A DNA stretch of 60,640 nucleotides, filler included. It is 5 parts of 5 records of this genome, joined end to end, with 100 filler letters (N's around TTAATTAATTAA, not from the genome) between each part and the next. Parts side by side here need not be neighbours in the genome. Positions count along the whole stretch, not along the records: positions 43,777 to 49,930 come from SRR2962707_1643; positions 50,031 to 60,640 come from SRR2962707_1649; 3 more parts are not named here. One strand, written 5' to 3'. The notes under the pieces are model-generated. The model ran no database searches. It was not told the origin of the DNA and saw only the letters and a program-made list of their open reading frames with translations. Shown here piece by piece: positions 47,970-58,846 of this stretch. How positions within the stretch are numbered: the first letter of the stretch is position 1; every line of letters starts with the position of its first letter. The position numbers were made by a program, and so were the translations under genes.

Positions 47970-49175
47970 TCAGGTGGAAAACAGCTTCCAGGCCCGCGAG
48001 AAGAAGCGCTGGAACAGTATCAACTGCGCTGCACCCCGTGCGGCAGCGGAAGCGCCCATGCGGCCCATTTCGACAGCAGGATGATCTGCAGTGAGTGAGG
48101 GCAGCAGGTGGAGATGGTGCACAACGCGCTCGTGTAAACGTTCAACGATATCGCGCGGCATGATGCCATCAACGATGGCTTCGTCCACCTCGATCACGGC
48201 GCGTGTGTTGATAATCGCCTTGGCCAGTGCCGAGCCAGCCTTGTCTAGCCATTGTGTGGCAACAGGCTCGAGCGCATCCCAATCCCAATTGAAGGGGCTG
48301 CCAGTGGGCACATCCATCCCCGCCTTGGTCAGCATGTGCTGCAGAGCCATGATCGAGGCGACCAGATGGACAAATGTCAGATTGCCTTCATCGTCGCATA
48401 TCAGGATCGAGCCGAGATTGGCGGCGTGGCCTTCGCCCTCCCAGAGCTCACCATTGGCGACCAGCCCACCCCCGACAAATGTACCGACCTGAAAATAGGC
48501 CAACCCACGAGGCCAGGGAGCGGCGTGTGCGATCACTTCGGACCAACAGGCCGCGTTACCATCATTGTACCAATGCACAGGCAGATCGACATCTTTGGCA
48601 ATGCGTTCGACCAGATCGATGTCACGCCACAGAGCGGCCTGCTCTTCAGGGGCGTCCACCAGGCCAATATTGCGACCAATATGAGAGGGGCTGGCCACAC
48701 CAATACCGGCAAGGCGTGAGCGCTGAACATCGGTCAAGCCAGAGCGAATGGTGGCTACTTCTGCAGCGATATCGGAAAACAGGGTACTGGCATCGGGATA
48801 GGCGTAGCTGCGGCGGACGCTGGCCAGCGTCTTGCCGGACATCTCGATCACCAGCACTTCAAAATGCCGCCAACCGACTTCAATGCCAATGGCCACGGCC
48901 CCATGCGGGTTGAGAAAAAGTGGGGTTGCGGGCTGGCCGCGCCGACCGCGCAAGACTTCGCCGCGAATAACCAGGGCGCGGGATTCCAATTCAGCCACAA
49001 TGCGCGAGGTGGTTTGTGGTCCCAATCCGGACAATCGCGCGACGTCAGCATTTGACGCCCCAGGATTTAGCGCAAGCAGGGTGAGTACAGCCCGCTCATT
49101 GGTTATTCGCACGCCCGACTGAGCAACGCCGCGCGACATTGGATTGATATCAGTCGTTTCAGAATCCTTTTGCAT
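47970..49175 (-). CDS. ROK family transcriptional regulator
   Basis: 'NERAVL', HTH 'ADVARLSGLGPQTTSRIV', 'GRRGQP', 'NDGNAAC' and 'GTFVGGG'. Confidence 0.88.
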   Translation of the reverse strand: MQKDSETTDINPMSRGVAQSGVRITNERAVLTLLALNPGASNADVARLSGLGPQTTSRIVAELESRALVIRGEVLRGRRGQPATPLFLNPHGAVAIGIEVGWRHFEVLVIEMSGKTLASVRRSYAYPDASTLFSDIAAEVATIRSGLTDVQRSRLAGIGVASPSHIGRNIGLVDAPEEQAALWRDIDLVERIAKDVDLPVHWYNDGNAACWSEVIAHAAPWPRGLAYFQVGTFVGGGLVANGELWEGEGHAANLGSILICDDEGNLTFVHLVASIMALQHMLTKAGMDVPTGSPFNWDWDALEPVATQWLDKAGSALAKAIINTRAVIEVDEAIVDGIMPRDIVERLHERVVHHLHLLPSLTADHPAVEMGRMGASAAARGAAQLILFQRFFSRAWKLFST

Positions 49176-49350
49176 GGAGTGACTTAAACGACTGCGACGA
49201 CCCGGATCAAGCACAATGCATTTTTTCATTCAGCGAAATGCGGAACGGAAAATTTACCCTGATGAGAAACAATTGGCATAACACCGGGATAGCCGCGGCG
49301 GCGGCGACAAAACCGGAAACGAACAAGTCCAAACGCGAGGTCCGGGCCGC

Positions 49351-49930
49351 ATGGCGATGCAGAATCGAAGCAATGGTGATGCCAGCGGCAGACTATTGCT
49401 GATTGACCGGGACAATGCACAGGCACAGCTGATCGCTGAATCGCTGGCGCAATGCCTGGATCAGGCCGCTCGAATTACAGTGGTATCAGGCGGAAAGCCC
49501 GCGGCTGAACTGCTGCGCGACGGCACCTTCGACATCGTATTGGCGGATTTATCGAGCCTGAGCGACCTCGCAGAACATAGCGATGACGCCGTGCAGCGGC
49601 TTGTGCGGCTGGCCAGCGGCGCCTTGCTTGTCGCGCTGTCGGACGGTGTTTCGGTATCATCGGCGGTTGGCGCGATGCGCGCGGGCGCCCATGATTATGT
49701 GGCCAAACCCATCAATGGCCCAACCATGGCCGCCCGCATCGGCGAATTGGCGCAACGGCATGGCAAGTGCCGGTCGCTGGGCATGGAAGCCCGCAATGCC
49801 GCCGGACTCAGCGATTTCGCCGGTTTCATCGGTGCTTCGAGCGCGATGCAGTTTGTCTATGAGCAGATCGGCCGGATCGCGACATCATCAGCCCCCGTGT
49901 TCATCACCGGCGAAAGCGGCACCGGCAAGG
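49351..49930 (+). CDS. Sigma-54-dependent response regulator (REC-AAA+), 3'-truncated
   Basis: REC 'AMRAGAHDYVAKP' and AAA start 'FIGASSAMQ..Y' and 'VFITGESGTGK'. Confidence 0.88.
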
Positions 49931-50030
49931 NNNNNNNNNNNNNNNNNNNNNNNNNNNNNNNNNNNNNNNNNNNNTTAATTAATTAANNNNNNNNNNNNNN
50001 NNNNNNNNNNNNNNNNNNNNNNNNNNNNNN
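49931..50030. other. Artificial contig linker
   Basis: N44-TTAATTAATTAA-N44. Confidence 0.99.
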
Positions 50031-50078
50031 CGGTGGCGAATAGATCGTAAACAGGCTCTTAGAGCCGGCGTTGTGCGT

Positions 50079-51200
50079 TCAGGAAGAACGTCGGAACGGG
50101 AAGGTGAACTGTTGCACCACGCCTTCCGGTACCTGGGTGCTGGCGCGGGTGCCGTACCGTGCCGCCAGTTTGTCGGGCATGTGCAGCGTGCCGAACAGTT
50201 TGTCGTAGAGCGGCAGGAAGGCGGCGTAATTTTTGTCCACCGCCTCGTCCTCCGAGGAGTGGTGCCAGTGGTGGAATTCCGGGGTGGCGATGACCCAGCG
50301 CAGCAGCGGAAAACGGAAACGCACATTGGCGTGGATGAAAATCGCATGGAAGGAAATGAACACCAGATAGGCATACACCGCCGATGGCGAAAAGCCGAGG
50401 ATGAAGATCGGCAAATAACCGACGAAGCGGTTAGCGACGATTTCCACCAGATGCAGTCGTGATGAGGCAAGCCAGTCCATTTGCTGGGTCGAATGGTGCA
50501 CGGCGTGAAACTTCCACAACCAGGGCACTTCATGGAATGCCCGGTGAATCCAGTAGCTGCCCAGATCCACCACGATCAGAATCTCGATGAACTGCAGCCA
50601 CAGCGGCTGGCTGGCGATGGCCTGTTGGAAGCCGATATCGACCTTGTCGTGCAGGAACACCTGAATCGGGATCACGGTGAAGAAGCTGATTAACTGCAGG
50701 CCGACATGGCTGAACAGGAAGTACTTCATGTCCGTGATCCAGCCCCGGCGCAGCACTCTTTGCTCGGGGTCCTTCGGATAGATCCGTTCCATCGGGATGA
50801 ACACCAGGGCCAACACCAGGAGGGTGAGGATGAAATAGTCCAGCCCGGCATAGAGGCTGCGGCCGTCCACCGGCGGCACATCGATCCTGCCGGAGCCGAG
50901 CAGGGCGGCCATGCAGGCCATGATCATGCCGGCCAGGCCGTAGCGTGGATCCTGATGGCGCCAGACACTGATAAAGCCGGCACAGAAGGCGATGGCGATA
51001 CCGGCGAACAGCACCATGCGCAGCACGTCGGCGCTATAGAAAGCACGAAATTCCGGTGTGGTGAGCAGATTCGGGAACAGAAAACAGAAACCGCCGAGCA
51101 GGGAAAGCAGGCCGAGACCGACGGCGACGGTAGCGCTGATCTTGCCTTGGCCTGGGGTCAGATCCACGTCCTCGAAGCGTTCTCTCAAATAATCCGTCAT
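50079..51200 (-). CDS. Sterol desaturase / fatty acid hydroxylase family protein
   Basis: His boxes HRAFH, HAVHH, HAN and HHWHH. Confidence 0.9.
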   Translation of the reverse strand: MTDYLRERFEDVDLTPGQGKISATVAVGLGLLSLLGGFCFLFPNLLTTPEFRAFYSADVLRMVLFAGIAIAFCAGFISVWRHQDPRYGLAGMIMACMAALLGSGRIDVPPVDGRSLYAGLDYFILTLLVLALVFIPMERIYPKDPEQRVLRRGWITDMKYFLFSHVGLQLISFFTVIPIQVFLHDKVDIGFQQAIASQPLWLQFIEILIVVDLGSYWIHRAFHEVPWLWKFHAVHHSTQQMDWLASSRLHLVEIVANRFVGYLPIFILGFSPSAVYAYLVFISFHAIFIHANVRFRFPLLRWVIATPEFHHWHHSSEDEAVDKNYAAFLPLYDKLFGTLHMPDKLAARYGTRASTQVPEGVVQQFTFPFRRSS

Positions 51201-51379
51201 GTTGGGCTGTCCTTGGGTAATCACCGGGCTGGCGGCGTGATAGGGATCATAGCATCCGGAACGCCGGAGCCCTTGTTCGATATAGGGAGTCCGATATAGG
51301 GCGTCCAGTAACAGGAATTGGGAGCATTTTAAGCCTGAAAGCCGGCAAAGGAACCCGCTTCCTGTGGTAACAAACCGCG

Positions 51380-51826
51380 TCAGGCCCCCCGGCTATCGCA
51401 GAATGATACCGCGGCGCGGGTCTGTTCCAGAATCTCGGCCCGTTTTTCCTGGTCCAGAACCTCCATTTCGCCAGTCTCCGGGTTCTCGCGTCGCACCAGG
51501 GGCTTTTCCGTCAGGGCCGCCAGATTACGCCGGTGCTGGTCGCAGGCGGCCCGGGTTTCCTCGCTTACGGCGCCGTCAGCTCCGGTGGAGGCGTTTTCCT
51601 CGTCGGGACGGGCGCGCCGGGCGCGGTCCTGTTCCAGCCTTTCCAGGGCGTCGGCCTGGTCGGAGCTGGCGGAGCGGCGGGTGCGTACTGATTGGGCTTC
51701 CTGGCCCTCCGGGGGCTGCGCGTCATAGTGGGTGACACCCTGGTCGTCCACCCATTTGTAGTAGGTGGCGGCCGGAAGATACGGGCTGGCGATCAGCAAG
51801 GCGGCGGCAATGAGTAATGGTTTCAT
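51380..51826 (-). CDS. DUF4124 domain exported protein
   Basis: Signal peptide followed by 'YKWVDDQGVTHY..QPP'. Confidence 0.85.
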   Translation of the reverse strand: MKPLLIAAALLIASPYLPAATYYKWVDDQGVTHYDAQPPEGQEAQSVRTRRSASSDQADALERLEQDRARRARPDEENASTGADGAVSEETRAACDQHRRNLAALTEKPLVRRENPETGEMEVLDQEKRAEILEQTRAAVSFCDSRGA

Positions 51827-52074
51827 AGTGATCCGGCCCGGAAACGTGATCCGGGATTCCCTCCGAAAAAAGTATTAGCCACCCAAGCATGCCAATGAAG
51901 CCGCCGGCCAGGCAAGGTACTGTGGCCATTAGGGCTTTGAAATCGCCCGCATTTCTGACAATATTAAGACCTTTCCGGAGATCGGGACCCGCAACCACTT
52001 ACCGGTGGCTGTGTGGCCGGGATTCGGGGCGTCGTTACCGCGGCGTCCGGTGTCAGCAGTATGACTGCATTCTC

Positions 52075-52245
52075 GTCCCGCTGTGGGAACCTCCGGAGGT
52101 TTCTCACCCCGTCGCGGGCGCGATTCCTCCAGGTCCCTCTGCCTGTGTCTGTTGCCGGCCAACCGCCGCGACCGACCCCAGGGTGCTTAAATAGGGCGCC
52201 CTATTCCACAGGTAAACGTTGTCCTCCGCTCTCGGCGGAGTGATC
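52075..52245 (+). promoter_or_regulatory. Structured 5' leader of ilvIH (candidate cis-regulatory RNA)
   Basis: CTGTGGGA (52081) can pair with TTCCACAG (52204), enclosing internal hairpins. A further hairpin lies just before the RBS. Confidence 0.45.
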
Positions 52246-52275
52246 GCTATTGTTCTGAACTTAGAGGTAGCAACC

Positions 52276-53997
52276 GTGGAAATGTTATCCGGCGCGGATA
52301 TGGTTGTCCGTGCACTGCAAGAAGAGGGTGTGGAGTACATCTTCGGGTATCCCGGAGGTTCCGTTCTGCACATCTACGACGCGTTATTCAAGCAGGACAA
52401 AGTCAGTCATATTCTGGTGCGTCATGAGCAGGCCGCGACCCACGCCGCCGACGGCTACGCTCGCGCCACCGGCAAGCCCGGCGTGGTGATGGTGACCTCC
52501 GGCCCCGGCGCCACCAACGCCATCACCGGTCTGGCGACCGCCTTCATGGATTCGATCCCGATGATCGTGTTGTCCGGCCAGGTGCGCTCCGACTGGATTG
52601 GCGACGACGCCTTCCAGGAGACCGATATGATCGGCGTCTCCCGTCCGGTGGTGAAGCACAGCTTCATGGTGCGCGATCCCAAGGACATTCCGGAGATCTT
52701 CAAAAAGGCGTTCTATATCGCCACCACCGGCCGTCCCGGCCCGGTATTGATCGATATTCCCAAGGATCACACCGCGCCCAACAAGACCTTCCCGTACGAA
52801 TATCCGAAGAAGGTCAAGCTGCGTTCCTACGCGCCGGTGACCCGTGGTCATTCCGGCCAGATCCGCAAGGCGGTGGAAGAGCTGCTCAAGGCCAAACGTC
52901 CGGTTATCTATTCCGGTGGCGGCGTGGTCCAGGGCGAGGCCAGCGATGCGCTGACCAAACTGGCCCGTAAGCTCAACTTCCCGGTGACCAACACCTTGAT
53001 GGGGCTGGGCGCTTACCCGGGTACCGATCGCCAGTTCCTGGGCATGCTGGGTATGCATGGGACCTACGAAGCCAATATGGCCATGCATAGCGCCGATGTG
53101 ATCCTGGCCGCCGGTGCGCGGCTGGATGACCGGGTCACCAACAACACCAAGAAGTTCTGCCCCGGAGCCAAGCTGATCCACATCGATATCGATCCGGCCA
53201 GCATCTCCAAGAATGTGGCGGCGCATATTCCCATCGTCGGGCCGGTACAGCAGGTGTTGGATGAAATGCTGGCCATGCTCGACGAGCAGGACAGTGAGCC
53301 GGACCACAAGGCGCTGGAACGCTGGTGGCAGGAAATCGACGGCTGGCGGGAATTCCACGGTCTGCGCTACGAGACCAACGAAAGCGGCCCGATGAAACCG
53401 CAGCAGGTGGTGCAGGCTCTGTACAAAGCCACCGAAGGCAAGGCCTATGTAACCTCCGACGTGGGGCAGCACCAGATGTTCGCGGCCCAGTTCTACAAGT
53501 TCGACCGCCCGCGCCAATGGATCAACTCCGGCGGTCTGGGCACCATGGGCTTCGGGCTGCCGGCGGCCATGGGGGTGCAGTTCGCTTTCCCGGACGCGGT
53601 GGTTGCCTGTGTCACCGGTGAAGGCTCGATCCAGATGAATATCCAGGAGCTGTCCACCTGCCTGCAGTACGGCCTGCCGGTGAAGATCATCAACATCAAC
53701 AACCAGGCTCTCGGCATGGTGCGCCAGTGGCAGGACATGCAGTACGGCGGCCGCCACAGCCAGTCCTACATGGAGTCCCTGCCGGACTTCGTCAAACTGG
53801 CCGAGGCTTACGGCCATGTGGGCATCAAGGTGGAGAAATTCGAGGATCTGGAAGGCGCCATGAACGAAGCGTTCTCGCTCAAGGACCGGCTGGTCTTCAT
53901 GGACATCTACGTGGACCCCACCGAGCACGTGTACCCGATGCACATCGCCGATGGCGCCATGCGTGATATGTGGCTGAGCAAGACGGAGCGGACCTGA
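52276..53997 (+). CDS. ilvI: Acetolactate synthase III large subunit
   Basis: AGAGG RBS with GTG at 52276. Motifs 'FGYPGG', 'RHEQ', 'TSGPGATN', 'GLGTMGFG' and 'GMVRQWQ'. Confidence 0.96.
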   Translation: MEMLSGADMVVRALQEEGVEYIFGYPGGSVLHIYDALFKQDKVSHILVRHEQAATHAADGYARATGKPGVVMVTSGPGATNAITGLATAFMDSIPMIVLSGQVRSDWIGDDAFQETDMIGVSRPVVKHSFMVRDPKDIPEIFKKAFYIATTGRPGPVLIDIPKDHTAPNKTFPYEYPKKVKLRSYAPVTRGHSGQIRKAVEELLKAKRPVIYSGGGVVQGEASDALTKLARKLNFPVTNTLMGLGAYPGTDRQFLGMLGMHGTYEANMAMHSADVILAAGARLDDRVTNNTKKFCPGAKLIHIDIDPASISKNVAAHIPIVGPVQQVLDEMLAMLDEQDSEPDHKALERWWQEIDGWREFHGLRYETNESGPMKPQQVVQALYKATEGKAYVTSDVGQHQMFAAQFYKFDRPRQWINSGGLGTMGFGLPAAMGVQFAFPDAVVACVTGEGSIQMNIQELSTCLQYGLPVKIININNQALGMVRQWQDMQYGGRHSQSYMESLPDFVKLAEAYGHVGIKVEKFEDLEGAMNEAFSLKDRLVFMDIYVDPTEHVYPMHIADGAMRDMWLSKTERT

Positions 53998-54488
53998 TGA
54001 GACGTATCATTTCGATTCTGATGGAAAACGAACCCGGCGCCCTGTCCCGGGTGGTGGCTCTGTTCTCCCAGCGCGGCTACAACATTGAGACGCTCACCGT
54101 GGCCCCCACGGAAGACCCGACCCTGTCGCGCCTGACCATGACCACCACCGGTGACGAGTACAAGATCGAGCAGATCACCAAACACCTCAACAAACTGATC
54201 GAGGTGGTCAAGCTGGTGGATCTCACTGAAGGGGCCCACATCGAGCGTGAGATCATGCTCATGAAGATCAAGGCCACCGGTGCCCAGCGCGCGGAAGTGA
54301 AGCGTACCGTGGACATCTTCCGTGGCCAGATCGTGGACGTCACCGCCACCGTTTACACCGTCCAGCTCACCGGTACCACCGATAAGCTGGAGGCGTTCAT
54401 CAACGCCATCGGGGAAACCCAGGTGCTGGAAGTGGTACGCTCCGGCGTGTCCGGCATCGCCCGCGGGGAGAAAGTCCTGAGCCTCTGA
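53997..54488 (+). CDS. ilvH: Acetolactate synthase small subunit
   Basis: 'ENEPGALSRV..LFSQRGYNIE'. TGATG overlap with ilvI. Confidence 0.96.
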   Translation: MRRIISILMENEPGALSRVVALFSQRGYNIETLTVAPTEDPTLSRLTMTTTGDEYKIEQITKHLNKLIEVVKLVDLTEGAHIEREIMLMKIKATGAQRAEVKRTVDIFRGQIVDVTATVYTVQLTGTTDKLEAFINAIGETQVLEVVRSGVSGIARGEKVLSL

Positions 54489-54513
54489 CGGTTCGCGCTT
54501 TCCACCGCAAACC

Positions 54514-54546
54514 ACAGACCCCGCCTGGTGCGGGGTCTGTTATTTT
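54514..54546 (+). terminator. Intrinsic terminator after ilvH
   Basis: ACAGACCCCGC-CTGGT-GCGGGGTCTGT-TATTTT. Confidence 0.8.
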
Positions 54547-54651
54547 GCACGGTGTAAGGGAGCGGTGTATCAAGATACGGCAGCATGGAACGCTGTATCA
54601 TAAACAGCTCAAAAGAATTCATCTGAACCGAACCGGGGAAAGGTAGCCGCG

Positions 54652-55266
54652 ATGATCACCATGGAATTCTTACTGACCACTCTGGTTGTGGTGCTGATGC
54701 CCGGTGCTGGTGTGCTGTGCACGGTGGCGGCGGCGCTGGCCCAGGGGCGCGCGGCCGGCTTTTACGCCGCGCTGGGTTGCACGTTGGGTATTATTCCTCA
54801 TTTGCTGGCGACAGTGCTGGGGTTGGCGGCGATCATGCACACCAGTGCGGTGGTGTTTCAACTGGTGAAGTTCGCCGGGGTGGCCTATCTGCTCTATCTG
54901 GCCTGGATGACCTGGAAAAACGGGCTACAGCTCCAGGTGTCCGGAGACGCCGCCGGAATTCGTCCTCTGGCGGTTATCGGCCGTGCCTTTCTGGTCAATG
55001 GTCTTAACCCGAAACTCAGTCTGTTCTTCCTGGCGTTCCTGCCTCAGTTTATTCCGCCGGGCAGCCCGTCTCCCTTTGCGCAGCTGTTATTGTTAAGCAG
55101 TGTTTTGATGGCGATGACGTTCGCCGTGTTTGTCTGCTATGGGCAACTGGCCCATGGTTTCCGGCGGGTGATCATGGCGTCGCCGCGAGTGCAGAACGGT
55201 TTGCGCAGAGGGTTCGCCGCCGCCTTTGCCGGTTTGGGTGTGCAGCTGGCGATCAGTGGACGTTGA
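54652..55266 (+). CDS. LysE/RhtB family amino acid exporter
   Basis: 'MPGAG', 'GVAYLLYLAW' and 'LNPKL.LFFLAFLPQF'. Confidence 0.9.
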   Translation: MITMEFLLTTLVVVLMPGAGVLCTVAAALAQGRAAGFYAALGCTLGIIPHLLATVLGLAAIMHTSAVVFQLVKFAGVAYLLYLAWMTWKNGLQLQVSGDAAGIRPLAVIGRAFLVNGLNPKLSLFFLAFLPQFIPPGSPSPFAQLLLLSSVLMAMTFAVFVCYGQLAHGFRRVIMASPRVQNGLRRGFAAAFAGLGVQLAISGR

Positions 55267-55324
55267 AGCGGGTGGTTGCCGATAGGTAGAGTGCCAGGGC
55301 GATACCGCGGAGGTGCGAGGGGGC

Positions 55325-55855
55325 ATGGTGAAAGGATTTCGCCTCAAAAGGGGGCTATGGGCTTTGTTTGTCGTTGTGGCGGCCGGTTTACTGCTCCCGG
55401 AACATGCTCGCATTCCAGTGCAAGGCGCCACGGCCAGTGATTGGCACCCGAAATCCTTCTGGTTTGAACCCTGGGGCGCTTCCGGCGTGCATAAAGGCAT
55501 CGATATCTTTGCCGTCCGGGGGACGCCGGTGGTTTCCGCCGTTCCTGGTATCCGATTGTATCAGGGGGAACTCAGCCTGGGCGGGAAAGTGGTGATCGTA
55601 CTGGGGCCGAAATGGCGCCTTCACTACTACGCGCATCTGAATGAGCCGGCCACTCCGGTGCCACTATGGGTGGCGAAAGGGCGCCAGATAGGCGGGGTCG
55701 GAGATTCCGGCAATGCCAGGGGGAAGCCTCCTCATTTGCATTATTCGGTACTGTCCTTGATTCCGCTGCCGTGGCGGATAACAACGGAGACGCAGGGCTG
55801 GAAGAAGATGTTCTTTCTCGACCCTGTCGATGTGTTTACCTCACGGGGACACTGA
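55325..55855 (+). CDS. M23 family metallopeptidase
   Basis: 'HKGID', 'YAHL', 'GDSGNA' and 'PHLH'. Confidence 0.88.
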   Translation: MVKGFRLKRGLWALFVVVAAGLLLPEHARIPVQGATASDWHPKSFWFEPWGASGVHKGIDIFAVRGTPVVSAVPGIRLYQGELSLGGKVVIVLGPKWRLHYYAHLNEPATPVPLWVAKGRQIGGVGDSGNARGKPPHLHYSVLSLIPLPWRITTETQGWKKMFFLDPVDVFTSRGH

Positions 55856-56014
55856 GAACCATCCATTCTTCAATATGACCCTGCTGGCGCCGCCGGCACC
55901 TCCTCTCTCCCCCGTTTATGACGCTCCATGAAAACCATTCATTGGTCATGTCGGGCCAGCCCCGCCTAGGCTAGGGTCGATTTGTTCAGCCCATGACAAC
56001 AACAAGGAGCTGCC

Positions 56015-57652
56015 ATGACTGCAAGCCAGGCCCCGAGCCAGGTCAGGGACGCGGCGGCGTTCGCGGCGGAGCCGGTGTATCAGGCACTGGAAGAAACCGC
56101 GGCCCGCTTTCCGCAACGTCCCGCTCTGTATTTTGAAGGCGTACGGCTTTCCTATGCCGATTTTCATCGTTTGGTGAACCGGGCAGCCCGGGGGTTTCAG
56201 GACCTGGGAGTGAAGCCTGGCGTTCATGTCGGTCTGTTTCTCGGCAACACACCTCACTACGCCATCGCTTTTCTTGGTGTGCTGAGAGCCGGTGGCACCG
56301 TCGTCAACTATTCCCCTCTGGATGCGGAACGCACTCTGGCGCACAAGATTGAAGACAGCCACAGCGACATCATGGTGACGCTGGATGTGCCGGAACTGTT
56401 GCCACGGATCCGGGGGTTTCTGGAGACCTCCCGTCTGCGGACTCTGGTGGTAGGCACGCCCACGGACTTCGCCGGCGCTGGCGCTACCAGTGACGCAATG
56501 GAGGCGGTAATTCTCAGCTTCGCTGATCTGCTCAATAATGAGGGGGACTTTCAGCCCTACCCGGTGGCGGACCCGGAAAACACGCTGGCGGTGCTGCAAT
56601 ACACCGGTGGCACCACCGGCGTGCCGAAAGGGGCGGAGCTGACCCACGGCAATCTCACCTGTGGCTGCCAGCAACTGATGGCGGCTTTGGCCGGTGATTT
56701 GCAAACCGGTCAGGAACGGGTGCTGGCGGTGCTGCCGCCGTTCCATATTTACTCGATGACGGTGAACCTGCTGTTCGGTATCCGGCTGGCGGCCGAACTC
56801 TATTTGCACAGCCGTTTTGATCCCGATGCGGTGCTGAAAGCGGTGCATGAACACCGCCTGTCGGTATTGCCGGCGGTACCCACCATGTTCATCGCGCTGA
56901 TCCATCACCCTCAGGTGGGGGAGTACGATCTTACTTCTCTGCGGCTGTGTAATTCCGGTGGCGCCCCTTTACCGGTGGAAGTGCAACAGCGCTTTCAGGA
57001 GCTGACCGGGTGCCGTCTCGGTGAAGGCTGGGGCATGACGGAGACCACCGCGGTGGGTACCTACACGCCGCTCACCGGAGAACGCCCGCCGCAAGGTTCC
57101 TGTGGCTGTCTGGTGCCCGGTGTGTCGATGAAGATCGCACCCATGGACGCGGAAGGCTCGCTGGCCGCCGGTGAGCGTGGTGAGATTTGTGTTGCCGGCC
57201 CCAATGTCATGCCGCGCTACTGGAACAACCCTGATGCCACCACGGCCTCGTTCACCGAGGACGGTTACTTCCGCACCGGCGATGTGGGTTACATGGACCA
57301 GCGCGGCTATGTGTACATCGTCGATCGTACCAAGGACATGATCCTGTGCAGCGGCTACAACGTTTATCCGAGAGTGATCGAGGAAGCCATCTACGAGCAC
57401 CCGGACGTGGAGGAAGTGTCGGTGATCGGCGTAAAAGACAGTTACCGCGGGCAGTCTCCGATGGCTTTCGTTCGTTTGCGCCAATCCGCCGCCTCTTTGA
57501 CATTGGAAAGTCTGCAGGACTTTCTCGCTGATCGTCTTGGCAAGCACGAGATGGTGCGTGCATTGGCGTTGCGCGACGAATTACCGAAGACACCGGTGGG
57601 CAAGCTGTCCAAGAAAGAACTCTATGACGAGACGGCGTCTTTCTCATTGTGA
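56015..57652 (+). CDS. Acyl-CoA ligase, PimA/FadD-like
   Basis: 'YTGGTTGVPKG', 'GWGMTE', 'FRTGD' and 'LPKTPVGK'. 'VVNYSPLDAE' is PimA-like. Confidence 0.88.
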   Translation: MTASQAPSQVRDAAAFAAEPVYQALEETAARFPQRPALYFEGVRLSYADFHRLVNRAARGFQDLGVKPGVHVGLFLGNTPHYAIAFLGVLRAGGTVVNYSPLDAERTLAHKIEDSHSDIMVTLDVPELLPRIRGFLETSRLRTLVVGTPTDFAGAGATSDAMEAVILSFADLLNNEGDFQPYPVADPENTLAVLQYTGGTTGVPKGAELTHGNLTCGCQQLMAALAGDLQTGQERVLAVLPPFHIYSMTVNLLFGIRLAAELYLHSRFDPDAVLKAVHEHRLSVLPAVPTMFIALIHHPQVGEYDLTSLRLCNSGGAPLPVEVQQRFQELTGCRLGEGWGMTETTAVGTYTPLTGERPPQGSCGCLVPGVSMKIAPMDAEGSLAAGERGEICVAGPNVMPRYWNNPDATTASFTEDGYFRTGDVGYMDQRGYVYIVDRTKDMILCSGYNVYPRVIEEAIYEHPDVEEVSVIGVKDSYRGQSPMAFVRLRQSAASLTLESLQDFLADRLGKHEMVRALALRDELPKTPVGKLSKKELYDETASFSL

Positions 57653-57683
57653 AGATGTCACGTGATCCTGAATCAGGAGAATA

Positions 57684-58829
57684 ATGATGAAGCTACGAAG
57701 ATGCCTGGCGTTGCTGGCGTTTGCCGCTGTTTTCATGTCGGGGCCGGGGTACGCCAAGTCCCTGCGTTTCGCTTCCGGTTACCCGCCCAACTCGGTGGCG
57801 GAACAGGCCGCTCAGAAGTATACGCAAGTATTGAAGGATGAGACGGATGGCGCGCTTTCCGCCCGGGTCTTTTCGCTGACGCTGCTTAATCTGCTGGAAA
57901 GCTCCGCCGGTGTGCGTGACGGTATGGCGGACGCGGCCGTGGTATTGTTCCCGTACTTCCCGGGGGAGTATCCGCGTATCAACATGCTGGCGGAGATCTC
58001 CATGTTGCTCAACGCCGGTGGTGAAGATCCTGCCCACGCGGGGCTGATTTTCACTGGTGCTTTCTCCGAGTTTCTGTTCCAGTCCTGCCCGGGTTGTCAG
58101 AAAGAGCTGGCCGCGCAAAATCAGGTCTTTCTCGGATCCGGCTCCACTCCGACGCTGCCGCTGCTGTGTACCACGCCGATCCGGGAAGCAAAGGATCTGA
58201 CGGGCAAGCGGGTGCGCACCTCCGGTGCCCAGTGGGCCCGCTGGGTGGAGGAAATGGGCGCCACGCCGATCACCATGTCGGTGAACGAGATCTACGAAGG
58301 GCTGAATCAAGGGGTGGTGGATTGCACCGTGCAGACCACCACGGAGCTGTCGATCTTCAAACTGGATGAGGTGGTGACGGATATCACTCTGGGCGTTCCT
58401 GGTGGCGTGTTCGGTGGTTCCGGTGTGAACAATATGAACCGTGATACCTGGCGGGGGTTGAGTGAGGCCGAGCGTCGCGCGGTATTGAAAGCCTCGGCGG
58501 TGTTTTCAGCGGAGGCCTCCTGGGGCTATGACGCGCTGGGTGCGGAGAATCTGGCCGCCGCGAAAGAAAATGGCATCAATGTGCATCAGGCTGGTGACGC
58601 TTTCCGGGCCGCTACCCAGGCCTTCATCGATAAGGATGTGGAAACCATCGCGGAAAACTACCGCAAGCGCTACGGCGTGGAGAACGCCGCTGAGCTGATC
58701 GATGCCTTCCGGCCTTTGTTGCAGCGCTGGCAAGATCTGGTGGGCGGCGTTGAGAGTCCGGAGCAGTTGGCGCAGCTGTATTGGCGCGAGGTGTTCTCGA
58801 AAGTCGATCCGGCCCGTTACGGAATGTGA
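57684..58829 (+). CDS. TRAP substrate-binding protein (DctP family), orphan
   Basis: Signal peptide, 'DLTGKRVR', 'EIYEGL.QGVVD' and a 'CPGC' motif. Confidence 0.85.
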   Translation: MMKLRRCLALLAFAAVFMSGPGYAKSLRFASGYPPNSVAEQAAQKYTQVLKDETDGALSARVFSLTLLNLLESSAGVRDGMADAAVVLFPYFPGEYPRINMLAEISMLLNAGGEDPAHAGLIFTGAFSEFLFQSCPGCQKELAAQNQVFLGSGSTPTLPLLCTTPIREAKDLTGKRVRTSGAQWARWVEEMGATPITMSVNEIYEGLNQGVVDCTVQTTTELSIFKLDEVVTDITLGVPGGVFGGSGVNNMNRDTWRGLSEAERRAVLKASAVFSAEASWGYDALGAENLAAAKENGINVHQAGDAFRAATQAFIDKDVETIAENYRKRYGVENAAELIDAFRPLLQRWQDLVGGVESPEQLAQLYWREVFSKVDPARYGM

Positions 58830-58846
58830 TCGGATGGGAAGAGCCG

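Noticed and set aside
52013-52243. Upstream ORF as an ilv attenuator peptide
   Set aside because: Too long, lacks clustered Leu/Ile/Val codons, and has no terminator/antiterminator with a U-tract.
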